Shown piece by piece: positions 1-9,243 of a stretch of 64,000 nucleotides of DNA (positions are counted from its first letter, which is position 1; every line of letters begins with the position of its first letter). A model generated the notes under the pieces. It saw only the letters and a list, made by a program, of their open reading frames with translations. It did no database searches and was not told the DNA's origin. Source of the DNA: Terriglobia bacterium (lineage in GTDB: Bacteria; Acidobacteriota; Terriglobia; 2-12-FULL-54-10); assembly GCA_963666975.2 (NCBI GenBank), contig CAXVYR010000003.1, positions 640,001-704,000 of the forward strand, written 5' to 3'. The translations under genes were made by a program, and so were the position numbers.

Positions 1-2
1 GG

Positions 3-239
3 GGAGATTGCTTTCTATTTGCGAACTTCCCTGCGATTGTCCAGGCCATCGGACGGACCCGGAGCGAGAAAATCGACGACTACGTTGTCTCCATCCGGGA
101 AAATATCTGTGCCACATGCTCCAATCAGGACAATGAGGGAGTCTGCCAGGTGAGAGAGCAGGTCCGCTGCGTTCCGGACCGCTATCTGCTGTTGATTGTG
201 GAGGCCATTGAAGAGGCTGGGACAGGGACGCTCCGGTAA
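3..239 (+). CDS. 3' part of a Cys-rich hypothetical protein (runs off window start)
   Basis: Frame 3 is open from the window edge to TAA 237-239: GDCFLFANFPAIVQAI...ICATCSNQDNEGVCQVREQVRCVPDRYLLLIVEAIEE. Not in the ORF track because no start codon is in the window. Confidence 0.65.
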   Translation, partial: GDCFLFANFPAIVQAIGRTRSEKIDDYVVSIRENICATCSNQDNEGVCQVREQVRCVPDRYLLLIVEAIEEAGTGTLR

Positions 240-324
240 CCAAGAACCTGGAAACCGTTATAGCGAGAGCTGTTTTGCTTCTCTAGCGTTTATCTACTCG
301 CTTGGCGGAGTGGAACCCCTGGAA

Positions 325-1299
325 CTATCCCCGGCGGGACCGGGTCCCATCGCCTCCGTTCAGACCGGAGGAATCTTCCCAGAAACGATGTCCGGTTCGG
401 CGGATAAAAACGTCTTCCAGCGTAGGCTTCGCCAGCATCACCGATTGAATCTCTCCCGGAAATGCCTCCACCAGTTGGGGGATGAACTCGTGCCCGCGCG
501 GGTGCTCGAACCGCACCTTCCCGTCGAGGACCGCAGCGTCCACATCGAACCTCCGGCAAAGTTGTTCCCTCAGCTTCTCCGGCTCACGGGCATCCATGAG
601 GATGACCTGCTCCCCGACTTCCTTCTTCAGAGCGTCGGGCGAGCCGGAAGCGACCAGCGCCCCCTGGTGGAGAATGGCGAGATGGTCACACTCATCGGCC
701 TCTTCCAGTATGTGCGTAGTCAGCAGCACGGTCACTCCGTCGCTTCTGCGCAACTCGCTCAAATAATCCCACAGGTCGCGGCGCGCGCCGGGGTCGAGCC
801 CCGTGCTGGGTTCGTCTAAAAGCAGCAGGTCCGGCTGATGCAGCAGCCCTTTCGCCAATTCAACCCGGCGGCGAAGCCCTCCGGATAGCGTTTCCACCAG
901 TTGATTCCGCCGGTCAGCCATCCCGAGGCGGTCCAAGGCCTGCTCGATTCGTTCCCGCAGCTTGCTTCCGCGCAAACCGTACAGATGCCCCTGGTGTCGA
1001 AGGTTTTCCGCCGGTGTGAGCTTGCCGTCCAAGTTTTGCGACTGAAAGACGACTCCTATTTTCTTTCGCACTTCGCGGGACTCGCTGACCACATCCAAAC
1101 CGAGGATGCTGGCCCTCCCGGCAGTGGGCAGCAGCAGCGTGGAAAGGATGCGGAAGAGGGTGGTCTTGCCACCACCGTTCGGACCCAAGAGCCCGAACAT
1201 CTCTCCTCTCCGGACTGTAAACGACACCTCTGCCAGGGCCTTCTGCGTCCCGTAAAAGTGCGTTAAGCCGGCAATTTCGACGGCGTCTGTGATGGCCAT
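325..1299 (-). CDS. ABC transporter ATP-binding protein (DrrA/NodI-like ABC-2 exporter type)
   Basis: Walker A GPNGGGKT, signature LSGG, Walker B LLLLDEP, H-loop TTH, C-terminal PTLEDVF; RBS upstream. Confidence 0.93.
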   Translation of the reverse strand: MAITDAVEIAGLTHFYGTQKALAEVSFTVRRGEMFGLLGPNGGGKTTLFRILSTLLLPTAGRASILGLDVVSESREVRKKIGVVFQSQNLDGKLTPAENLRHQGHLYGLRGSKLRERIEQALDRLGMADRRNQLVETLSGGLRRRVELAKGLLHQPDLLLLDEPSTGLDPGARRDLWDYLSELRRSDGVTVLLTTHILEEADECDHLAILHQGALVASGSPDALKKEVGEQVILMDAREPEKLREQLCRRFDVDAAVLDGKVRFEHPRGHEFIPQLVEAFPGEIQSVMLAKPTLEDVFIRRTGHRFWEDSSGLNGGDGTRSRRG

Positions 1300-1441
1300 A
1301 CTGATTCCCTGCTGTTAGTGTACTGGATTCGGATTCGGAAGGCGATCCAATAGGCCCGTGTGAAGGAGGATATCCGTTTTGAAAAACGCTTCCTGGAGCC
1401 GCCTCGGGGCAACACCCTTCCATCTCGGCGGCGCACGCCGC

Positions 1442-2362
1442 TTACAGCGCTATTTTGTCGACCATCAGCAGGACGTAAACCAGCGGCAAATAAAGCACCG
1501 ATGCCTGCAACAGCCGCCTGGCCTGCATGGTGGACTTCACTACTGCAACGCGGACACCGAAGTGCAGGTACGCCAATCCAAGAATGAGCGCCCCCCACAA
1601 GTAGAGACCGCCGGTAAACCCGGCCAGCGACGGAAGCAAGCTGATGGGGATCAAGGCTGCGGAGTACAGGATGATTTGCCGCCCGGTCGTTTTTCCGTCC
1701 GGTTCAACCACCGGCCACATGGCAATCCCACCCCGTGCGTAGTCTTCCCGGTACATCCAGGCAATGGCCAGAAAGTGAGGAAACTGCCAAAGAAACAGCA
1801 TCAAGTACAGGATGCACGCCAGCAAGGAGATATCTCCCCGCGCCGCCACCCATCCGATCAGCGGAGGAATAGCGCCCGGAAATGCGCCGACCAGAGTGCA
1901 GTGCGGAGTTCTCGTTTTCAGCGGAGTATAGAGGAACAGATAGCTGCCCAAAGTCAGCGCGGCCAGCAGGCTCGCAAGAAGGTTCGTCAGCCAGGCCAGC
2001 AAAACAATGCCGGCGAGCGACAGGGCGATCCCGAAACACAGCGCTTTCCAAGGCAGCATCCGGCCCGCGGGCAGCGGGCGATCCTTTGTACGCAGCATTT
2101 TTCCATCGCCGTTGCGTTCCCAGTATTGGTTCAACGCGGCGGTTCCGCTGGCCGCAAGCGCAGTGCCGAGCAAGGTAGCAGCCAGCAACGGAAGGCTCAA
2201 ACTCCCGACAGAGCCCAGGTAGAAGCCGACACAAGTGGACATGAGAATTAACAGAGTCACCCGAGGTTTGGTGAGTTCCATGTAATCTGCCAACGGGGAA
2301 CGGCTAACTGCTAGAGCCGGAGACGGAAGTACTGATTTGACTGCTGCCGCGCCCGAATTCAT
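1442..2362 (-). CDS. ctaB: Heme o synthase (protoheme IX farnesyltransferase)
   Basis: LTKPRV, NQYWERNGDGKMLRTKDRPLP, YTPLK, WQFPHFLAIAW motifs. Start placed at ATG 2362, overlapping the ctaA stop (ATGA), with GGAGGAG RBS. Confidence 0.95.
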   Translation of the reverse strand: MNSGAAAVKSVLPSPALAVSRSPLADYMELTKPRVTLLILMSTCVGFYLGSVGSLSLPLLAATLLGTALAASGTAALNQYWERNGDGKMLRTKDRPLPAGRMLPWKALCFGIALSLAGIVLLAWLTNLLASLLAALTLGSYLFLYTPLKTRTPHCTLVGAFPGAIPPLIGWVAARGDISLLACILYLMLFLWQFPHFLAIAWMYREDYARGGIAMWPVVEPDGKTTGRQIILYSAALIPISLLPSLAGFTGGLYLWGALILGLAYLHFGVRVAVVKSTMQARRLLQASVLYLPLVYVLLMVDKIAL

Positions 2363-3297
2363 GCCAGTGTCTCCTCCAGAGTCTTTGGGACAGAAATCGT
2401 GCTTCCCGAAAGCGTCAGCCTTCGATAAGACTGCAAGGTCAACAGCAAGCTGACGCCGAGCAGCAACGCGCCAACCGCCACGTGTGCCGTGGTGATCCAC
2501 ACCGTGGAAAGCTGCGGCTGAACCGCATCCCGTGTCACCAGCCGGATCCAATAGGAGCCGGCTCCCAGGGTCAGTTGCAGGAGCACGATCGCTCCTGCAG
2601 CCAGGGCCAGGCGCAACAGAGTTCCCTGCCCTGACAGCTTCCCCAAAGCCCGGTGGGCCATCCAAAGAATCAGCACGGCGACTATCCCCGCGCCGATCAG
2701 ATGCGGGGCTATGCCTAATCCGTTATGCCGCAAGGCCGCTCCCAGCGCCAGTTGAACAAAGACCGCCACGGTTGCTGCGAGAGTCAAATGGCGAAAATGC
2801 GGAGTATCCTTGTCCCCTGCGTCCCCTGCGTTCTCTGCAGGTTCCAGCGGCGAGTTCCACCCGCGGCTGGTAAATAGCGCCAAGCTCAGAGTCATACAGA
2901 AGAAAAGTTGCGCCAAGCAGGCATGGCTTACCGAGATGGGAGTGGGCAACAGGTAAATTACCGTCAGTCCGCCCAGAATTCCTTGTGCAATGACAGCGCC
3001 TAACGCCACAAAACCCAGCCGCCGGACCCATCTTCGCGGCTCCCTGCGCCATAGCCAGAGGGCCAGTACCGTCATCAAAAAGCCAACCGAGGTGGCTATC
3101 ATGCGGTGGCCGTGCTCGTAAAAGACCCCGCCCTCCATCGGAGGCATCAACATCCCATACGAGAGCGGCCAGTCGGGAACTGCCAGTCCGGCTTCGTTTC
3201 CAACCACCAAGCCGCCAGCGATGATTAGCAGGAACGTTCCACATGCTGTCAGCACGGCAAAGCGGTGAAGCCAAATGGACTCTCCGGGAGCATTCAT
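2359..3297 (-). CDS. ctaA: Heme a synthase (COX15/CtaA family)
   Basis: AGLAVPDWP, FYEHGHR, QGILGG, VSHA, TAHV His motifs in a multi-TM protein; start at MNAPGES. Confidence 0.9.
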   Translation of the reverse strand: MNAPGESIWLHRFAVLTACGTFLLIIAGGLVVGNEAGLAVPDWPLSYGMLMPPMEGGVFYEHGHRMIATSVGFLMTVLALWLWRREPRRWVRRLGFVALGAVIAQGILGGLTVIYLLPTPISVSHACLAQLFFCMTLSLALFTSRGWNSPLEPAENAGDAGDKDTPHFRHLTLAATVAVFVQLALGAALRHNGLGIAPHLIGAGIVAVLILWMAHRALGKLSGQGTLLRLALAAGAIVLLQLTLGAGSYWIRLVTRDAVQPQLSTVWITTAHVAVGALLLGVSLLLTLQSYRRLTLSGSTISVPKTLEETLA

Positions 3298-3470
3298 GCT
3301 GCATCTCCAGCAACCAAAGCGTACAGGGTGGAACCCGCCACGGGTAAGCCACCATACGGCTCGCGAATAACAAACGAGGATTGTAAGGGGGAACCATCGC
3401 GATGGCAAGCGAGCGGCTCCCCCTTGTCCCGCCGTTTTGCAAAGCGAACTGCTTTTGCTTGCGAGTCGCT

Positions 3471-4259
3471 TTAGCTGGAAAAGGTGAACTCAATCTCTTT
3501 TGTTTCCTTCTCCCCGACCGTCACCGTCTGCTCGGCAGTGCCGTACTTTTCATGCCAAGCCTCAATCGTATAATCACCCGGCGGCAAGCCTTCTAAGCTG
3601 AACGCGCCGTCGGTTCCGGTAACGGCGAAGAACGGGTGCCGCAGGACTCCGATGTAGGCCTTCATCCAGGGGTGGACGTTGCACTTGACCGGCAGCATCA
3701 CCTCCGCCCGGGGAAACTGCTCCGTCAGGGCCTCAGTTCCCGGGGGCTGCGATTTGTTCCATTCCCGGTTTTGTTCCGGCATCGGATGGATGTTATGGTT
3801 GGTGGGATCGCTGTTCATGATGTGCAGCGTTTGTCCCGCCATGACCCCCAGGACGTGGGGATGATAGACGCAACCATTTTGGTCCAAGTGAACCAGTTGC
3901 TCGGGAACGTCGAAAGCCCGGTTCCCCAGCCCTTCTTTGACGTAAACGAAGACATTCTGTAGCGTCCCGTTGTCGTTTACGAGCACCTCTTCGCTGTAGA
4001 CGGGGTCTGGGTTTGATTCCGTACAGGCCGGCACGGCGTCCATGCGGATGCGAACCATTCGGGGAGCCTCCCCTTCAAAAGCCACTGAGCCGGTGATCGC
4101 TCCCACGGTTTCCGGATCGATAGGCTCGGCCGGGGGACCTGCCGGAGCCTCATCCATGGCGGCTTCCTCTTGCATCGAGGGTGCTTCACCGCTTCCGCAC
4201 GCAGCCAAGGTCAGTAGCAATAAAAGTGAAACGAGCCAACTCCATTTCAATCGAATCAT
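3471..4259 (-). CDS. Lipoprotein with cupredoxin-like domain and carboxypeptidase-regulatory-like domain
   Basis: Lipobox LAAC; DQNGCVYHPHV, HNIH and CNVHPWM (C-x2-H-x2-M); C-terminal TGTDGAFSLEGLPPGDYTIEAWHE. Confidence 0.8.
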   Translation of the reverse strand: MIRLKWSWLVSLLLLLTLAACGSGEAPSMQEEAAMDEAPAGPPAEPIDPETVGAITGSVAFEGEAPRMVRIRMDAVPACTESNPDPVYSEEVLVNDNGTLQNVFVYVKEGLGNRAFDVPEQLVHLDQNGCVYHPHVLGVMAGQTLHIMNSDPTNHNIHPMPEQNREWNKSQPPGTEALTEQFPRAEVMLPVKCNVHPWMKAYIGVLRHPFFAVTGTDGAFSLEGLPPGDYTIEAWHEKYGTAEQTVTVGEKETKEIEFTFSS

Positions 4260-4399
4260 GTCGTTATACCTTCTTTGTTCCAAAAATACGCAGGGACATT
4301 TACCCATTGCGTTGCAGCGAGTCTGCATGCAGCGGTATTCCATCCGCCAGCGAGCCCTTATTTATGGGAGCAACATATTATCTGTTTCCAACCATAAAT

Positions 4400-4780
4400 T
4401 CAAGGCCCGCCGAACGGAACGGCATGCGTGGAAGGCGATGAATAGGAGTCATTTGCTGCTTCCGGTACCCCCGGAATACGGTTCTCCGGAAGGGTTGGTT
4501 TTGGAGGAGTTGGATATAGCGGAAGGAAGTCCGAATTGCTGGTTGCGGCCGCCGATTGGATGCCCGATTGGGCTTTGACAATCAACAAAGCAGCCAACCC
4601 GGTTACAAGGAACGGCGCACCCAGCAGGAACAAGATGCCGTTGTTCATGCCGCTTGCCAGTTGTTGCCCCTCGGGCGAGTTGGCCAGGGCTGTCTGGCAC
4701 ATTGCGCAGTAGGCGAAGGCAGCCTCGGAGGCAGCCAGCCAAGCTGTCATGGCAAATGCTGTCTGTTTGATCCACTTCAT
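4400..4780 (-). CDS. Small exported/membrane protein with CAMC motif, oxidase-associated
   Basis: Signal-like N-terminus, YCAMC, then TM segment GMNNGILFLLGAPF; lies within the oxidase operon. Confidence 0.7.
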   Translation of the reverse strand: MKWIKQTAFAMTAWLAASEAAFAYCAMCQTALANSPEGQQLASGMNNGILFLLGAPFLVTGLAALLIVKAQSGIQSAAATSNSDFLPLYPTPPKPTLPENRIPGVPEAANDSYSSPSTHAVPFGGP

Positions 4781-4802
4781 GCGCTTCGCCTGCCTTTCCC
4801 GC

Positions 4803-5108
4803 TCAATTGAATGACAGCCTGAGAATCCGAAGGCCGTCAAAGGCAATCACCCCAAAGAGAATAGCTGCGGTGGCCAGGATCCCGGCAGCAACCATCACCA
4901 CAAGGCTTAACTTTTCGAAGCGAAGATGCATGAAATGCGCCCCGATCAAGGAGGCCTTCACCAGCATCGCCGCCAGGAGGAATGCGATCAGGATTCCTTT
5001 GGGAAGAGCCACAAACTCCGTGCCCAGCATCAGCAGCGTGAGCAGGAGCAAGAAGGCCCAAGTGCCCCAGTAGAATTTGTATCCAGGTTTTGGAAGTTCG
5101 TTTGCCAT
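4803..5108 (-). CDS. Cytochrome c oxidase subunit IV family protein
   Basis: Three TM helices, KASLIGAHFMHLRFE motif; operon context. Confidence 0.85.
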   Translation of the reverse strand: MANELPKPGYKFYWGTWAFLLLLTLLMLGTEFVALPKGILIAFLLAAMLVKASLIGAHFMHLRFEKLSLVVMVAAGILATAAILFGVIAFDGLRILRLSFN

Positions 5109-5154
5109 GATTCCCTCTCCGTGCGGCTCACAGGACCGCTATTCCATCAACTTC

Positions 5155-5769
5155 TCAGATTAAATAAAAGAATGTGAAGATGAAGACCCAAACCAGGTCC
5201 ACAAAATGCCAGTAGAGCCCCACCAGTTCCACCCCCTCCGCTGTAGCGCGTCCCGTGACCGACCGCAGTGTGATGATGATGAGCAGGGTGACACCGCTGA
5301 GCACATGCGTTCCGTGAAAACCGGTAATCACAAAAAATGCTGCGCCAAATAGCGGCACTCCCCAGGGGTTCTCTCCCAGCCGCGCGCCTTCGCCGATCAG
5401 CGTGGCCCATTCGTAGGCTTGCATGGACAGGAAGCACAACCCGCCCAAAATCGTCAGCAGGAGAGACCGGATGAGCCACTTGCGGTGGTTTCGTTCCGCA
5501 GCCGCTACGGCCGTGGCCATCGTGGCGCTGCTCGAAATCAGAATGAAAGTCATGATCCCGATCAGTTCCAGGTGGAAGACCTCCGCTGGATTCGGCCATT
5601 GAGGGCTGGCCAGCCGCACAAAACCGTACCCGGCAAGGAAGCCGGCAAACAGGAGCGCGTCGGTGACGATGAAGATCCACATCATCAGCTTGCGCCAACT
5701 AACCGCAAAGGGCGAAACGCCGCCGCCCCAGTTCGATTCGGCCATTCCTACTGTTTGCGCTTCTGCCAT
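5155..5769 (-). CDS. ctaE: Heme-copper oxidase subunit III (second copy in transcription order)
   Basis: KLMMWIFIVTD, TFILISSSATM, FFVITGFHGTHV, GLYWHFVDLVW. Confidence 0.92.
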   Translation of the reverse strand: MAEAQTVGMAESNWGGGVSPFAVSWRKLMMWIFIVTDALLFAGFLAGYGFVRLASPQWPNPAEVFHLELIGIMTFILISSSATMATAVAAAERNHRKWLIRSLLLTILGGLCFLSMQAYEWATLIGEGARLGENPWGVPLFGAAFFVITGFHGTHVLSGVTLLIIITLRSVTGRATAEGVELVGLYWHFVDLVWVFIFTFFYLI

Positions 5770-5814
5770 CCGCATTCCCTCTCTTTTTTCTTTTCTCTTT
5801 ATTTTCTCGTGCAG

Positions 5815-6459
5815 CTATTTCCAAACGAACAGCAACAAAAAAAGAAATACCCAAATTCCCCTCACAAAATGCCAGTAGGTGGCGCAAAGACGAAACGGAT
5901 GTTTCGGTCCTGCTGGCGCTTGCCAGCTCCGTTGGAGCACATACAGCAGTCCGAACACTCCGCCCAGAAGGTGAACCCCGTGCACTGCGGTGAGCATGTA
6001 AAAAAATGAGCTGTGCGGACTGGTCGGCACGTAGATGCCCCGTGCGGCGAGCTGCTGCCAGGCAACGATCTGGCCGATGAGAAAGGCCAGCCCCAGCAGG
6101 GTCGTCGCGGAGTGCCAAAGTTTGAAAGCGGTGCTTTGATGACGATGCATCGCCTCCCGGGCGATCTCCAGCGTCATGCTGCTCGCCAGCAGCAGCACGG
6201 TGTTGAAGCAGAGGACGCTGGGCGAGAGAATCGACTGCCAATCCGATCCTGCACGGCGGACCAGGTAGGCGCTCGTGAAGCCGGCAAACAGCATGGTGAC
6301 CGTAGCCAGCAACGCCCAGAGTCCCAGCTGAGCGGAGTTGGCTGCCACGGCCCCTGTACGGCCATCGCCACTGTTTCCGCCACCCAATCCGAATTCCGCA
6401 ACACTCATTCTGACTCCCGGCATTCTGTTTTGTTTTCCTCTCGCCACTTCCTCATACAT
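5815..6459 (-). CDS. ctaE: Heme-copper oxidase subunit III (first copy)
   Basis: MLFAGFTSAY, NTVLLLASS, FFYMLTAVHGVHL, TYWHFV; start uncertain. Confidence 0.88.
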   Translation of the reverse strand: MYEEVARGKQNRMPGVRMSVAEFGLGGGNSGDGRTGAVAANSAQLGLWALLATVTMLFAGFTSAYLVRRAGSDWQSILSPSVLCFNTVLLLASSMTLEIAREAMHRHQSTAFKLWHSATTLLGLAFLIGQIVAWQQLAARGIYVPTSPHSSFFYMLTAVHGVHLLGGVFGLLYVLQRSWQAPAGPKHPFRLCATYWHFVRGIWVFLFLLLFVWK

Positions 6460-6479
6460 TGCTCCGCTGCGAGACTGGA

Positions 6480-8246
6480 TTACTGCGTGACCCCGCCTGT
6501 GCCCGGAGGCGTCGTCTGCGGAGTGTAATCCTGGGGGTCTCCCAGCAGGCTGTATTCATAGGCCCAGCGATGGACCGTCGGAACACTCGCTCCCCAGTTG
6601 CCGTGCGGCGGCGGGGAAGGCGCCTCCCATTCCAGCGTAGTGGCCTTCCAGGGGTTCTTTTCCGCCTGGGGTCCCTTCCACAGGCTCCAGAAAAAGTTGA
6701 ACAGGAACAGGAACTGAACGGCTCCGAGAACGCAGATCGTGATGAACACATTCACGCCTTGGAATTCTTGCAAGAACTGGAATTCGGTAAAGGCGTAATA
6801 GCGGCGCGGCATCCCCCCGAGCCCAAGAAAGTGCATGCCGAAGAAGACGATGTAAAACGGAATCAAGGTAAGCCAGAAGTGCACTTTGCCCAGTTTCTCG
6901 CTCAGCATCCGGCCAAACATCTTGGGGAACCAGTAGTAGGTGCCTGCAAAGAGGCCGAACAGGGTCACGCCGCCGATCATGAAGTGGAAGTGGCCGACGA
7001 CGAAATAGCTGTCGTGAAGAAAAATATCCGAGGTCGCTGTGCCCAGGAAGATGCCGCCCAGCCCGCCTGCTCCAAACAGCGCCAGGACTCCCAGGGCGAA
7101 CAGCATTGCCGTCGTGAAGCGGAAACTCCCTCCCCAGAGGCTCGCCAGCAGATTCACGCCCACAATCGCCGAAGGGATGGTGATGAGCATGGTCCCGATC
7201 GAGAAGAACTCGCCGACATAAGGGCTCATCCCGCTGACAAACATGTGATGTCCCCAAACGATCATGCTTAAACTTCCTATCGTCAAGAAGGAATACACCG
7301 TCATGCGATAGCCGAAAATGGGTTTTCGGGTGGAGGGTGCCAGGACATCGAAAGCGATGCCCAGGGCGGGCAGAAGCAAAACGTAGACTTCCGGGTGGCC
7401 GAGGAACCAGAACAGGTGCTGCCACAGCAGCGGTGTGCCCCCTGCGTTCGGCAACAGGGTATTCCCGAAAAATAATCCTGCGGGCAAAAAGAAACTGGAC
7501 CCGCCGTGACGGTCAAAGAGCAACATGACAGCCGCAGCCGTAAGAGGAGGAAAAGCCAGCAGGCCGAGGATGGTGGCGAGAAGCAGGGACCAGACGGTCA
7601 TGGGAAGGCGCATCATGGACATTCCCTTGGCGCGCAGGTTCAGGATTGTGGTGAAGTAGTTCAGCCCGCCCATCGTAAACGAAACGATGAACAACGCCAT
7701 TCCCAGAATCCAAAACGTCTGCCCCATTCCGGAGCCCGGAATCGCCTGCTCGACGGCGCTCAGCGGCGGATAAGCCGTCCAGCCGGACGCCGCCGCCCCG
7801 TTTTCCAAAAAAAAGGAAGCCAGCATAATGAGCGTGGCCGGCACGACCACCCAACAGGAAAGCATGTTCAGGAACGGAAAGGCCATGTCCCGCGCCCCGA
7901 TTTGGAGCGGGATCAGGTAGTTGCCAAAGCCGCCGATCAGGGCAAAAGAGATGACAAAGAAAACCATCAGCGTGCCGTGCATGGTCACCAGCGAGAGGTA
8001 GAACTCCGGTTTCATTACTCCGCTTTCCATCCCGCCTGGAAACAGCTTTCCCAACAGTGGCCACTGTGCAGCCGGCCAAGCCAGTTGCAGGCGCATCAGC
8101 ATCGCCAAAAGCCCGGCGACAATGGCGACGAACATCGCGGTCAGAAAATACTGGATGCCGACGACTTTATGGTCCGTGCTAAATACGTAGCGGCGAATAA
8201 AACTCTGCGGCGCATGGCCGGCGTCGGCGCTCGTCACTTCAGCCAT
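6480..8246 (-). CDS. ctaD: Cytochrome c oxidase subunit I, A1 type
   Basis: STDHK, TMHG, WFLGHPEVY (A1 Glu and cross-link Tyr), WGHH, VVGHFH, GMPRR. Confidence 0.97.
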   Translation of the reverse strand: MAEVTSADAGHAPQSFIRRYVFSTDHKVVGIQYFLTAMFVAIVAGLLAMLMRLQLAWPAAQWPLLGKLFPGGMESGVMKPEFYLSLVTMHGTLMVFFVISFALIGGFGNYLIPLQIGARDMAFPFLNMLSCWVVVPATLIMLASFFLENGAAASGWTAYPPLSAVEQAIPGSGMGQTFWILGMALFIVSFTMGGLNYFTTILNLRAKGMSMMRLPMTVWSLLLATILGLLAFPPLTAAAVMLLFDRHGGSSFFLPAGLFFGNTLLPNAGGTPLLWQHLFWFLGHPEVYVLLLPALGIAFDVLAPSTRKPIFGYRMTVYSFLTIGSLSMIVWGHHMFVSGMSPYVGEFFSIGTMLITIPSAIVGVNLLASLWGGSFRFTTAMLFALGVLALFGAGGLGGIFLGTATSDIFLHDSYFVVGHFHFMIGGVTLFGLFAGTYYWFPKMFGRMLSEKLGKVHFWLTLIPFYIVFFGMHFLGLGGMPRRYYAFTEFQFLQEFQGVNVFITICVLGAVQFLFLFNFFWSLWKGPQAEKNPWKATTLEWEAPSPPPHGNWGASVPTVHRWAYEYSLLGDPQDYTPQTTPPGTGGVTQ

Positions 8247-8317
8247 TCTTCAATCCTCCTGAATCAAGCCCGTATGCCGATAGGGACAGGTTGGGCGGCA
8301 ATCAGCAAATCAACTCG

Positions 8318-9151
8318 CTAAAAGAAAGACGGTTCATCCCGGATCAATTGCTCGAACTCTGCCTGTGGCAGCACCTTCAACAGGCCGCGCATTTGGTAGT
8401 GGCCAAACCCGCACAGCTCCGTGCAGGCGATCTCGAAGGTGCCCACCTCGGTCGGGACAAACCACAGGTCGATGGTCATGCCCGGCACCGCGTCTTGCTT
8501 GACTCGGTGGCTGGGCAGGAAGAAACTGTGGATGACGTCTTTGGAACGCAGGCGGATGCGGGCCGGATGGTTTACCGGCAAGAAAAGCTCATTCAGTATG
8601 AGGACATCGTCTTGGGCGGCGGCGTCCTCCTCGTCCAATCCCAGCGGATTGTTCAAGCTGAGAAGTTCATGAGCAGTTTTTCCGAAGACGCCATCCTGCC
8701 CCGAATAACGGACATTCCAGGCAAACTGTTCCGCCGTCACTTCCACCGTGATCGCCTCCGGAGGCGCCGCCGCCGCGTAGAACTTTGCCCAGACAGGCAT
8801 GCCCAGCACAAATACGCCCCCCTCGGCGACTACCGTCATCAGCACGATGGGGATGAGAGACCAGCGTCGCTCCGCTTTCGGGCTGGAGAGCCGGTGTGTC
8901 ACGTTGGGTTTTCCGCTGAAACGCCACAGAAAATACCCGAACGCGATGTGTCCGATTGCCAGCAAGCCTCCCACGGTGACGAACAGGTATTGGAGCATGA
9001 CGTCAATCCCGGCCCCATGCTCGGAGGCAAGCTCGGGCAGCCAGCGCCGCGCGCCGACGACAATCACTACGAGGAGAATCATCCAGATGACCAGCGCCAG
9101 GAGCTTCCCTTCTCCGGCACTGCTAACGCTTGAAGCGACTTTCGCCTCCAT
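8318..9151 (-). CDS. ctaC: Cytochrome c oxidase subunit II (CuA), no fused cytochrome c
   Basis: Two TM helices; DVIHSF...KQDAVPG...CTELCGFGHYQM CuA motif; no CxxCH. Confidence 0.95.
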   Translation of the reverse strand: MEAKVASSVSSAGEGKLLALVIWMILLVVIVVGARRWLPELASEHGAGIDVMLQYLFVTVGGLLAIGHIAFGYFLWRFSGKPNVTHRLSSPKAERRWSLIPIVLMTVVAEGGVFVLGMPVWAKFYAAAAPPEAITVEVTAEQFAWNVRYSGQDGVFGKTAHELLSLNNPLGLDEEDAAAQDDVLILNELFLPVNHPARIRLRSKDVIHSFFLPSHRVKQDAVPGMTIDLWFVPTEVGTFEIACTELCGFGHYQMRGLLKVLPQAEFEQLIRDEPSFF

Positions 9152-9243
9152 CTGTATTCCTCCTTAAATCTTGTGCCAATCAGCTCGTCTGCAAAGTGGG
9201 TTGTCTCGCTTCCAGGTAACGATTCCGTCGTTCGGTGCGAGGA

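Noticed and set aside
1442-3408. Extended N-termini of ctaB (2665) and ctaA (3408) given in the ORF track
   Set aside because: The ctaB extension overlaps ctaA and the ctaA extension has no motif support; downstream ATGs have better RBS or coupling.
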